A stretch of DNA of 64,000 nt from Promethearchaeota archaeon (GCA_019058445.1 JAHPZA010000001.1:141439-205438); one strand, 5' to 3'; positions 53,038 through 62,848 are shown, counted from the stretch's first letter. The notes: generated by a model not told the origin, from the sequence alone. A program made the numbers and translations.

Positions 53038-53895
53038 ATGATAGACAATATTGATGAGGAGGATGTGAAATCTTCCAAATATAAGATAATTTTATTTTGC
53101 ACTATATACAATTTGATCGCAGAATTTTCAACGAGAGGAATAATCGGTTTTTTTTATAATCTTATGGTTTTATGGCTTTTTCTGGCATATTTCACATTTT
53201 TCTTAATTATAATTCATATTGCTTACACCAGTAAAGGATCTGACATCGCAATTTTATTTGGATCAATAACTTGGGCATTACCCATCGCATTTTTCTCGAC
53301 AGGTACCCCTTTTTTTACAGGAGAGATTATTGGTTATTCTTTAAGCATTATTATCATCATGTTCTTTATGTGGGGTATGACTCAAACTTGGTTGCCGCTG
53401 TATGTGAGCGGAAAATTTTTTGGTTGGAATATAGCAGATGGGAAACTCAGTCGAACAGGCGGGATTTTTTGTCTTTTGTATCTTTTTGGCTTCTGTGCTT
53501 TCGCATTTCCCGGAGCTATTAAAGGCCCAATATATTTGTATATAATTTCAATTATATTAATTATATTGTTTATTGTATTAACTCGGAAATTCATAAAATC
53601 TGCAAGAGAGAATCCACCTCAATTTAGCACCCCCCCTATTACTGAAAAAACTTATAGACAAATTGGAGATTTTACGATTTTAACTTACTTATTTTGGATA
53701 TCAGTCATAGTGGCATTACTTACCGGTGTTATAATCCCGATTTATTATCCTTTAACGAGTGTAATACGGCCCTTTTATATCCAAGCTTTTTTATTGATGA
53801 TATTATGGTCAGTAATTTCCGGAGTAGTTCAAACCATATACAGAAATAAAGTAGGACCATTTCCCATGCCCGGGATTTTAATCCCAAAAAAATAG
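53038..53895 (+). CDS. Polytopic membrane protein
   Basis: ~8 hydrophobic segments. Confidence 0.7.
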   Translation: MIDNIDEEDVKSSKYKIILFCTIYNLIAEFSTRGIIGFFYNLMVLWLFLAYFTFFLIIIHIAYTSKGSDIAILFGSITWALPIAFFSTGTPFFTGEIIGYSLSIIIIMFFMWGMTQTWLPLYVSGKFFGWNIADGKLSRTGGIFCLLYLFGFCAFAFPGAIKGPIYLYIISIILIILFIVLTRKFIKSARENPPQFSTPPITEKTYRQIGDFTILTYLFWISVIVALLTGVIIPIYYPLTSVIRPFYIQAFLLMILWSVISGVVQTIYRNKVGPFPMPGILIPKK

Positions 53896-53938
53896 TTTAT
53901 AAATAGAAATATCAGAGTAAAAGAAAAGGTTAACTTCT

Positions 53939-53980
53939 TGGCAATGCCTTGCTAGACAATTGGTGCACCAGAGGGTGCGG
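53939..53980 (-). other. 42 bp diverged fragment of 23S rRNA helix 96
   Basis: 32/42 identical to 62925-62966. Confidence 0.6.
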
Positions 53981-54056
53981 TATATATTTTTAATAATTTT
54001 TCAAGTATATATTGTAAATATCCAATTAGACTATCAATTAATAGTTCTTTTTTTAA

Positions 54057-54716
54057 TTAAGTCTCATTCTTGAATTGCGTAAGCATTAAATACCCTTGAA
54101 GTGCAAAGTAGGCAAATATCGTATACCAAATTACTTTTTGACTTATGATACCTAAGCCTTCATATGGTAGAAAATAGAACTGAATACCGATTAAAAGAAC
54201 TACAAGAGCGACTATAATTAGATATAATAGCATTCTGGGAAGATCCTTATTTAAATAAAAGGCAATTAAATAGAAAATCCACGTAAACAACAAAAAGATG
54301 TAAGTAAACAGAGCAAGATAATAATTGTAATAAAAAATTATCAGTAACATAAAAGTACAGGCAAATAAGACTCCACATATAATCCCTAAAGCAGCAGCTG
54401 CTTTTTGAACAGATGCAGTAAAGAAATGATATGAGGCTATTAACCCGGGAATTAGAAAAATGCTGAACAAAATAGAGCCAGTACCAGCAATTATCCTCGA
54501 AATCGTATTATCCTTCCCAGAGTGAGATACGGTTCTTACCAAATCACCAAGATAATTTTTCGCAAGTGAAAACCCCGGAGAAGTTGGATCCATTTCCGAA
54601 CCACCTCCATAAAAGAACATTGCGATGGTTGTCAGAACTACATATCCAACACAACCAATTATACTTAGCACAAAAGCTATTTCTTTCCAGTTTTTAACAT
54701 TCATTTTCAATCTCAA
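54057..54716 (-). CDS. DUF998-like membrane protein
   Basis: FFYGGG..GFS..NYLGDL..QK pattern; ~6 TM. Confidence 0.6.
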   Translation of the reverse strand: MRLKMNVKNWKEIAFVLSIIGCVGYVVLTTIAMFFYGGGSEMDPTSPGFSLAKNYLGDLVRTVSHSGKDNTISRIIAGTGSILFSIFLIPGLIASYHFFTASVQKAAAALGIICGVLFACTFMLLIIFYYNYYLALFTYIFLLFTWIFYLIAFYLNKDLPRMLLYLIIVALVVLLIGIQFYFLPYEGLGIISQKVIWYTIFAYFALQGYLMLTQFKNET

Positions 54717-54892
54717 TTTAAAATCTTATATTTTATAAATTAAGTATTATTTCTTGCTTAAAATAAATATAACTTATTGTTTTAAACGAAATTTTTTGTA
54801 TTTACAAGTCCTGCAAACAATCTAAATTCAGGAACATACCCTCTCAAAACTTCCACTTAAAGTATTAAATAAATCATTCATTTAGTTGATCT

Positions 54893-55894
54893 ATGGGAAA
54901 ATTAGATGGAAAAGTAGCATTAATCACTGGAGCGGCTGGTGGAATTGGAAAAGCAACTTCAAAACTCTTTCTTGAAGAAGGTGCTAAAGGAGTGGTAATG
55001 GCAGATATTTGGGATGAAATGGGTGAAAAAACAGCAAAAGAACTCGGACCAAATGCGAAATATATTCATACAGATGTTTCTCAAGAAACCGATATAAAAA
55101 AGGCTATTGATTTCGCTGTTGATGAATTTGGACAACTTGATATCATATTCTCAAACGCTGGTAATCCGGGTCCTGTAGGAGTAATTGAAGATATTCCGAC
55201 TGACGAATTTGATCTTACCGTTGCTATTCATCTTCGCGCCGCGTTCTTATGCATGAAACATTCTATACCAATAATGAAAAAACAGGGTTCAGGATGTTTT
55301 ATAACTACAAGTTCGGTCGCGGGTTTTCAACAAGGGTTGGGTACACTACCATACTCACTTTCTAAGGCGGGAATTATACAACTTACACGAATTGCCGCTG
55401 TGGAATTAGGGGCGTATGGAATAAGAGCAAACGCTATTGCGCCAGGAGGCATATCGACAGGTATTTTTGGTCAAGGATTTGGTTTATCTCCTGAAGTAGC
55501 GGTAAAATTTGGGAAAATGATTAAAGACATTCTTGCGATTTATCAGCCTATTCCGCGTGCAGGGTTACCGGAAGATATTGCACATGCAGCTTTATTTCTC
55601 GCAGAAGATTCAAGCAGTTTTATTACTGGAGAAACTCTTAAAGTAGATGGTGGGCTTCTATCTGGAAGGATACCGCAAGATCCTGAAGAGCTTATGGAAA
55701 AATATTTTAACATTATAGCTCAATTAGATCCGGAAGATCAGAAAATCGTAATTGCTAAGATAGGAGAAGGCGCTCAGAAAGCCACTAAGGATATGAAATA
55801 TTTAAAACCGATCGCTCGGGAACAAATGCTCAAAAGGATGCAGAAATTAATGAAAGTACAACAAAAACTCATGAAAGAATCGGCCAAGAAATAA
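54893..55894 (+). CDS. Short-chain dehydrogenase/reductase
   Basis: TGAAGGIG, NAG, YSLSK, VDGG. Confidence 0.93.
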   Translation: MGKLDGKVALITGAAGGIGKATSKLFLEEGAKGVVMADIWDEMGEKTAKELGPNAKYIHTDVSQETDIKKAIDFAVDEFGQLDIIFSNAGNPGPVGVIEDIPTDEFDLTVAIHLRAAFLCMKHSIPIMKKQGSGCFITTSSVAGFQQGLGTLPYSLSKAGIIQLTRIAAVELGAYGIRANAIAPGGISTGIFGQGFGLSPEVAVKFGKMIKDILAIYQPIPRAGLPEDIAHAALFLAEDSSSFITGETLKVDGGLLSGRIPQDPEELMEKYFNIIAQLDPEDQKIVIAKIGEGAQKATKDMKYLKPIAREQMLKRMQKLMKVQQKLMKESAKK

Positions 55895-55941
55895 GACAAT
55901 TTATTTGATGTGTTTTTGTAAGAAAAAAGAAAAAAATCTAG

Positions 55942-56113
55942 ACTCAGGAACACACCCCCTCATTAATCGCGACTTACCATTTTTCATCATGCTTACCACT
56001 TCACACACACTTGACTTCACTCCTGAACATTCAAAGCCCGAACCACGAGTCCTTTTTCAACACCACACACTCGTGCTGTTGAGAACAGCGGGCTAAATAG
56101 GTCGCCCGGAAGC
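55942..56113 (-). repeat. Direct-repeat copy of the 23S rRNA 3' end plus trailer (partner at 62375-62551)
   Basis: 56017-56113 identical to 62455-62551 (97 bp); the remaining ~75 bp are similar but diverged. Confidence 0.96.
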
Positions 56114-57191
56114 ATTCTATTATCTACATTTCTATTCTGTTTAAATCATAACTGATTTCATGATCACTCTGATAAGAATGTAAAGTTATTTAAAGTTAAA
56201 AAAGGAGACTTTTATTGCTAAAATTATCGAGAACATCTGCCGAAATATCAATAAAATGATAGCAACAAAAATCTCTAAATTAAAATAATATCATCATATA
56301 TAAAGAAAAAAATAAAATCTAATACTCTCATATTAAAATTAAATAAGAACATATTTTTTTTTTTGATAGAATAGTGTAAATAGAAAGAAATGATCTTGAA
56401 TTATTGAAAACTATTAGTCTCTTGATTTTTTTAAAATAATTTAAACTCATTTATAGTGAAGTTTTTATATATAAGATACAAAATTTTAATGAGTTACAAG
56501 GATTTTTTCATAAAAATTTTCTTGTAGCTCAACAAGGAGTAAAAAAGAGAACATTTGCCAAAAAAATCAAATTATTTTGGTTAAACAACACGTCGCGTTG
56601 ATATTTGGCACGTTTTCTTTTATATCTCCTTTAACTATTTAAAAAATCTTGTTGTTTAAAAATATTAGTTTTTACCTATCTATACTTTACTTTATTTTTT
56701 CATAAAAATTGCGACGTGTGTTAAATTGATAATTTTATTTAAAAATTCTAGTCTTGAATCCTACAAAGAATTTATTTTTATTACGCGAGTATCTACTCAA
56801 AAAGAATTAAATAGCAAGTCTTTTAGAAACTTATATCATTTTCAATTTCTTAGGGAGTTTTCTTGGGATGATAATAATTATTATGGTAATATAAGTAAAA
56901 GTTTTAAAAATTTCTTTATTATTCGTAAAACATCATTAGAAAAGGTTAATACGATATATTTAAAATTATGATCAACCTATTTATGGGGAATTGAATAATA
57001 TTTATGCTTCTAAATTTCTTTTTTTCTTTCTTTTTATTTTGTATAAATAAAAATGATAAAGTTAAATATATCTTACACAAAACAGTTTACTGAAAAAACA
57101 ATAATTACAGGGTATTAATTTTATAATATTTGCTTAAAGATTAATTATAGTTTTATTCATTGTGATATGTATTTTAATAGTGTTAAAGTTC

Positions 57192-57542
57192 CTATAATTC
57201 TGTCTCAATTTTTTCTATTTTCTTTAACTGCTTAAGCTCTTTACCCAAAAAATTATGGAGCTCTACAACAGCTCTTTTTGTCATTATTAACTCACATTGT
57301 AATTCAACAGTTAATAGTTGTTCTGACATCCTTTTTTCAATATCATCTTTATTTAAGTTTTGCTCCAAAAGTTCATTATTTTTTATTATTAAACTATTTG
57401 TATCAATATTTACAAAACTCAATCGAAAATCATATGGGTTTCTAAAACCTCCAATGGCTCCTGTTACATAGTACTTTTCAAAATTTTGAGCCTTAATATA
57501 TTTTTTCTTTGGTTGATATTTTTTTAAAGTCTGATCCTCCAA
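57192..57542 (-). CDS. DUF3467-like protein
   Basis: YYVTGAIGG..DFRLSF..ELIMT..ELHNFL pattern. Confidence 0.55.
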   Translation of the reverse strand: MEDQTLKKYQPKKKYIKAQNFEKYYVTGAIGGFRNPYDFRLSFVNIDTNSLIIKNNELLEQNLNKDDIEKRMSEQLLTVELQCELIMTKRAVVELHNFLGKELKQLKKIEKIETEL

Positions 57543-57548
57543 ATATAA

Positions 57549-58256
57549 TCATCTCTTTATATTTTCCAATAATATTATTTCAGGTAAGGGATTCGTGTTA
57601 TCATCTTTTGGATTACTAGAAACAGAGGTAGTTAGTCGAATTGACGTTCTTACCCTTTTATGAAGCATTAGATTAGTAAACTCTCTCAACCTTCTATGAA
57701 AAATTTCCTCTGGTTGATATGATTGATGTAAGATTTTTTGTTTTTCAAAAGATTCTTGAATTTCATCCCTACTAAAAACATTATCAATATCCTTTTCATT
57801 ATAAATCAGATCTGAAATACTTTGTTTTAATGATGCATAAATATTTAAACCACTTTTAGTAATGTAAAATCTATTATCATCAGTTTTTTTAAACAAAAAG
57901 CCAATAGATTTAGAAATTTTAGGTAAGTTAATATTGTGTGGTATTTTTATAGCACTATCAGGATTAAAAGCTTTCTTATTCGTTAGATGCATAATGAATT
58001 TTTCCTTGTCATTAAGCCTATTATAAATTTCTGACTCAATTATCTTAAATTTTGAACCATTTATTTGTATTTTTGGACAATAGTTTTGTATTAGATTAAA
58101 TATTGTAAAGTATTTCTGAATGGTTATCCAATGACGATCAATATTTTTTAGTGATTTAATTTCATTTATATTATATTCTTTATCCTCTTCTAACAGATTC
58201 AAATTGAGTATTAATGACATTGTAATATTTAATGGATCTTTTGTGATTTCAAACAC
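57549..58256 (-). CDS. Hypothetical protein, probable winged-helix domains
   Basis: YNINEIK..HWITIQKY; FYITKSG wing motif. Confidence 0.55.
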   Translation of the reverse strand: MFEITKDPLNITMSLILNLNLLEEDKEYNINEIKSLKNIDRHWITIQKYFTIFNLIQNYCPKIQINGSKFKIIESEIYNRLNDKEKFIMHLTNKKAFNPDSAIKIPHNINLPKISKSIGFLFKKTDDNRFYITKSGLNIYASLKQSISDLIYNEKDIDNVFSRDEIQESFEKQKILHQSYQPEEIFHRRLREFTNLMLHKRVRTSIRLTTSVSSNPKDDNTNPLPEIILLENIKR

Positions 58257-58362
58257 CTAATTTTTGTCGATATTTTCATTATAATGAAAATAATTTTAAT
58301 TTATAAATATATTTTCTATTTTCTATAATTTAAAGGTTGCACTTTTTTTATTGTAGTGAAAA

Positions 58363-59064
58363 TCACCTAATTATCTTTGAACAATAGTAAAAATTGTATA
58401 CGATATAAAATATTTTGTTACATCGATTACATTTTATAATATAACTCTCAAAACTTTCAAAATTATTATTATTTTCTTCAATAAATTCCTCCAAATCATT
58501 CGAACATTCACATTTTATCCTTACTACAAAATGGAAAATGTTATTTATAAATTCATAATGTATTGTATAATCATTTCCGTCTTTCGGTAAATTATGTCCG
58601 TCATGAGGAAGATTGATATTGTATCTTTCTTCTAATTCTTTCACTTTATTTTCTATTATTTTATCAGTATGTTCTTCAAATTGAAAGTTATCCCAAAATA
58701 ACCTAACAAAATCTTCTTTATTTATATATATATGATTATTTTCTTCATCTTTTAGATCAAAAAAATTAGACAATTCTTTACATATCCCTTTTTGCTTTAA
58801 TTCATTATAAACCATTTCTCCTACTGGTTTACTGAGAGTGCAATCTAGTTTAGTAACATGATGTCCTTTCCTATCTTTACGTGATTTGTAAATAGTCAGA
58901 TCATGTTTTTCTAGTGCTCTACAATTTAATTCATCGTCAAATAAGTCCGTTTTAAAGATATTTGGATTTCCTAAATGACAGATAAAATAAATTAAAAGTG
59001 GATGCTCATTGGCTATATCATATAATAATGCTGAATTATGCAAATATGCTAATGTAGTTTTCAT
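58363..59064 (-). CDS. Hypothetical protein with C-terminal CxC/CxxC
   Basis: 233 aa ORF; KCEC..CNRC. Confidence 0.6.
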   Translation of the reverse strand: MKTTLAYLHNSALLYDIANEHPLLIYFICHLGNPNIFKTDLFDDELNCRALEKHDLTIYKSRKDRKGHHVTKLDCTLSKPVGEMVYNELKQKGICKELSNFFDLKDEENNHIYINKEDFVRLFWDNFQFEEHTDKIIENKVKELEERYNINLPHDGHNLPKDGNDYTIHYEFINNIFHFVVRIKCECSNDLEEFIEENNNNFESFESYIIKCNRCNKIFYIVYNFYYCSKIIR

Positions 59065-59156
59065 CTTAATAAAAAGGATTTTTACCTATAATTAATCATT
59101 TTAATTTTAACAAATTTAAATATTATCAAATTATTTAAATTTAAAAAAAAATTATC

Positions 59157-59600
59157 TCAAATTTTTTTAAAGCCTTTAGAATCTAATATATCATTACATA
59201 ATTTATCACATTTTTGAATGAAAGCATTCCTACGTCCAATATGATAAAATTCTACTTTGCTGTATTTATTGCAGAGAGAATAGACTTTATTGCATAATTC
59301 AGACAGGTGTGGATAATTAATTCTCCAGTTTTTTTTAATCTGATTTACAGCTAATTTACTATCAGAATAGACTTTTATAACCCATCTCGTAAATTTCTCA
59401 GCTTCTTTTAAAGCATTAATAATAGCTAAATATTCAGCTGTATTGTTTGTTGCATTACCAATATACTCGCTTTTTTGATAAATAATTTCATCGTCTTTGA
59501 CATATATGAATGACCAGGAAGCAGGACCGGGATTCTTTCTAGCAGCTCCATCAACATAAATTTCCAATATTTCTCCTCGTTTCACAAGTTGTTTTTTCAC
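59157..59600 (-). CDS. rnhA: Ribonuclease HI
   Basis: YVDGAARKNPGPA, TNNTAEY, YSDSKL, N..CDKL. Confidence 0.92.
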   Translation of the reverse strand: MKKQLVKRGEILEIYVDGAARKNPGPASWSFIYVKDDEIIYQKSEYIGNATNNTAEYLAIINALKEAEKFTRWVIKVYSDSKLAVNQIKKNWRINYPHLSELCNKVYSLCNKYSKVEFYHIGRRNAFIQKCDKLCNDILDSKGFKKI

Positions 59601-59813
59601 TATTTTTCCTCAATAAATTACTTATCAATCAAATTTCTTTTAAAATCGCTAAAAATTTTAGAAGGATTTAAGTTTGACATCTATGTATTAAATAAAATCG
59701 ATGATATTTAAATCGAAAGTGTCTACAAGATGTTAAGAAAAATAGGAAAAAAATAAAAAAAAATCTAAAATCAGGTAAAACCCTCTTTATGATCACAAAT
59801 TTTTATTTTTACG

Positions 59814-60008
59814 TTATCCAATTCTTCTTTTCTTAAATGGGCCCTTTGCAAAAATTCTACCTCTTTCATCATGTCCAAGTTGCCAAACTTCACCACAATC
59901 TTCATTCGAACATACACCGATTACATTTTCATGAAAAATTGTTTTTGTGATTGTCATTTTTGACCTACAATGTGGACAAGATGATTTTTTGAATATTTCA
60001 AGATCCAA
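59814..60008 (-). CDS. Small zinc-finger protein
   Basis: CPHC..CSNEDC; GGTGA SD and TATA-like box (~60135) upstream. Confidence 0.6.
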   Translation of the reverse strand: MDLEIFKKSSCPHCRSKMTITKTIFHENVIGVCSNEDCGEVWQLGHDERGRIFAKGPFKKRRIG

Positions 60009-60419
60009 TTTAAAATCACCTTTTCAATAGTTTAATTGGTAATAGCTGTGTTAGCATTATTTGTTTTTCAAATCTTTTTTATTAACTTAATTTTTAATAA
60101 ATCATTTATTTGTTATCTAGTGCACAGAAGTTGTATATAAATGATAGGTTAATAGATTAGATCGTCCAGATCCGATCTAACAAAAAATCTCTGGATGTTC
60201 CGACATAACTCTCTCACCTTTTCTTTTCAACACAAAAATCCGTGACTTTGCCCATCCCCTCCATTAAAAGGCGAATTGAGGGGATTGTGTCGGTAACCGC
60301 AAATGTTGTTTTTAATTTTTTAAGTAAGGCCCTAAAGTAGTCAATTGACCTAAATTCGAAAGTAAAATTATTTATAAAAAGCTATAAAAACAAAAGAACT
60401 AAATTCTTGATCTTTTCTT

Positions 60420-60995
60420 TTAAGGAGAGAAAAATGATCTAATTCTCGCGCATTTATCAGGATGACGCAACGGAATTAGGCAAGCGAAATCTCTTATATT
60501 ATCGTGTCCTGTAATGTATAATTGATATACATTCCGGTCATTTGGTAGATAAACTCCGCTATGAATTGAAAATTGGTTTAATAGCTCTTGTAGAATGCAA
60601 ATTTTTATATTTTCTGAAGAATAGATTGAAAGCATGGGTTGATTCGTTCCCGTTGTCGTGGCGCTCCCTTCCGCGTCAAAAAAACCCGCTATCCATTGCT
60701 GTTGAAATTCTGGTTTAATTAATCTTACCAACTCTGGATTATTTTTAACTTCCAATATTTTGGTTACCAGCTCTTTATGAAAAAACCGGAGCCTATAATG
60801 AAGGCGATTAGTATGCGGTCTAATAATAATATCTTTATTAATCAAATCTCTGATGAGAGGTTGGATTTGTTCCAACCAACCTAGTGAGGCTGAATCTAAA
60901 TCAAATTCGTATCCTTTTTGGGGGCTAGTTCTTACATAGGCATCCTCGGCAACTCCGCAGATATACCAGAATTCTGAGAACAATTTAAATTCCAT
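60420..60995 (-). CDS. Free-standing LAGLIDADG homing endonuclease
   Basis: WYICGVAEDAY (degenerate motif 1), WIAGFFDAEGS (motif 2), IPLRHPDK. Confidence 0.88.
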   Translation of the reverse strand: MEFKLFSEFWYICGVAEDAYVRTSPQKGYEFDLDSASLGWLEQIQPLIRDLINKDIIIRPHTNRLHYRLRFFHKELVTKILEVKNNPELVRLIKPEFQQQWIAGFFDAEGSATTTGTNQPMLSIYSSENIKICILQELLNQFSIHSGVYLPNDRNVYQLYITGHDNIRDFACLIPLRHPDKCARIRSFFSP

Positions 60996-61189
60996 ATTAT
61001 TAGATTTTTAAAAGAAATGTTTAAAGCCTATGACCTACTTAACTTAGTGGTTTTTTTATAAGAGAAAAAGGAGAAAAAATCTTTAGAGTCCAATTAGAAA
61101 AATCTTTTTCAATACAATCCAATTTTTAATTAAAATTATTAAATTATTATTAAATTTTTTTTTAAGACAGGATATATTAATACGTTAAG

Positions 61190-62227
61190 ATGGAAGAAAT
61201 AAAACAATTCAAAGAAACCAATTCTCCAAAATTAATTTACATTGATCAAAATCATTGGTCAAAATTGGAAAGAGTATATCACGAAATCGAAAGAGATTCA
61301 ATAGTAGAAAATTTATTAGAGAAAATTTTTGACCTAAAAGAAAATGGGAAAATAAAAATTCTAATTGATATAAATCGTAAGATTGAGACATCTCAACGAG
61401 ATATTAAGGAAACACGAGAAAGGCTTACAGATTTAATGCTCGAGTTATCAGATGGTTATTTTGTTCTTCCTTTTTTAGTTCTTGAGGAATTTGAAATAAT
61501 GAATTATTTTAGTAGAAAACTAGGAATCCGTCAATATAATATATTAGATTTGGCAATCGGGCAAGAATTTCAACATTTAATGGTAGGAGAACCTTCTATT
61601 TCAAGTGATGAAATTGATAAGGATGAATTAAATCAAATTAATCATAAAATTCATGAATTAATTCAAAATCCATCATTTATTAAAGATATTTTTTGCAAAC
61701 CATCAGAAAGAGATGATGAAAGTAAGCTCAAATATATTAGAGATGCTGAAAATGTGCGTATACCGTTATATTCAATGGAAACAAATAGAGAGCGCAAAAT
61801 ATATCAAACAACTCATGATTTCACGCATTTAATGAGAAAAATTTTTAAAACATACAAAGTAACTGATGATTATATAGGAAAAATTCCAGATATTGATAGA
61901 GCATCAAATGCTTTGATGCTTCGTAATAACATTCCTAGAAATTTAGGGGAATATAAGGATAGATTAAAATTTATGAAAAATTTTCCCATGTTTTATACTC
62001 ACTGCACGTTAATAGGTTTCAGAGACAGAGATTTAAGACGTCAAATCCAAGCAAATGATTTGATAGATATTGTAAGTTTTGTATTACCAATTGTTTATTT
62101 TAATGTAGTCGTGGGCGAAACATATTTTATAAACTTAGCAAAACAAGCTAAACTAGATTCTGAATACAATTCTGCTCTGTTTAGTAAATTGTTAGAACTA
62201 AAAGAATATTTAGAAAATTTAAGTTAG
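61190..62227 (+). CDS. PIN-like domain protein (putative nuclease)
   Basis: IYIDQNHW..IE..NDLID..Y..VVVGE acidic motif spacing. Confidence 0.6.
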   Translation: MEEIKQFKETNSPKLIYIDQNHWSKLERVYHEIERDSIVENLLEKIFDLKENGKIKILIDINRKIETSQRDIKETRERLTDLMLELSDGYFVLPFLVLEEFEIMNYFSRKLGIRQYNILDLAIGQEFQHLMVGEPSISSDEIDKDELNQINHKIHELIQNPSFIKDIFCKPSERDDESKLKYIRDAENVRIPLYSMETNRERKIYQTTHDFTHLMRKIFKTYKVTDDYIGKIPDIDRASNALMLRNNIPRNLGEYKDRLKFMKNFPMFYTHCTLIGFRDRDLRRQIQANDLIDIVSFVLPIVYFNVVVGETYFINLAKQAKLDSEYNSALFSKLLELKEYLENLS

Positions 62228-62606
62228 CAGGTTAAACAAATTTTCTTCAGACATAAATAAACTTAAGCAATCATAATTGAAGTTGTTTTAATATGTCAAT
62301 TAACATTAAAATTTTAACGTTTTAGAATTATTTTTCATAAAAAAAATAAGAAAAAAATAAATAAAAAAATCTTAACTCAGGAACACACCCCCTCACCAAT
62401 CGCTTCTTTTCTTGCCATTATTCAACACGCTTACCACTTCACACGCACTTAACCTCACTCCTGAACATTCAAAGCCCGAACCACGAGTCCTTTTTCAACA
62501 CCACACACTCGTGCTGTTGAGAACAGCGGGCTAAATAGGTCGCCCGGAAGCTCCCTACGTACACCCCTGTCTCACCAACCCCGTCTTTTACGGGTGCACT
62601 CGTCCT

Positions 62607-62848
62607 AATCCCGCGGTTGCTGTCACCAGCCCCCGCTCTAATTAGTTTGACAAGCTAATCATTTGGACTATGATGCTATGTTTTGCGCTGCGCTACTGCG
62701 CTATGCTCCACGCTACTGCGCTTCGCACTGTAAAATGCACAATTGTAAAATAATACATGTCCGGCTGACTTCCGGCCTACACAGGGCATAAAGCCTTGTC
62801 AGCCGCATCAGCCCAAATCACAAACTCAGCAAAATAATCTTACGGAAA
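62607..62848 (-). other. Supersized expansion segment at helix 98 (ES39), ~240 nt
   Basis: Long insert between conserved flanks ..CGTCCT and AGGAATGGATGACTATTTTCGGGG. Confidence 0.8.

Larger units (their letters stand above)
56114..62374. mobile_element. Cargo island bounded by 23S 3'-end direct repeats; no integrase
   Basis: Flanking repeats; accessory gene content including a homing endonuclease and a PIN-like gene. Confidence 0.6.

Noticed and set aside
55905-56096. 63 aa ORF
   Set aside because: It is the antisense reading of the duplicated 23S 3' end and trailer.
60230-60300. Resemblance to c-di-GMP-I riboswitch words (GGCAAAG, GGUUACCG)
   Set aside because: The motifs are in the wrong order and the P2/P3 architecture is not reproduced; kept only as a generic structured-RNA candidate.
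189-61391. Many short antisense or alternate-frame ORFs in the track (e.g. 189-392, 2592-2903, 42652-43179, 51286-51561, 56726-56971)
   Set aside because: They overlap well-supported genes or lie in AT-rich spacers and have no recognisable motifs.
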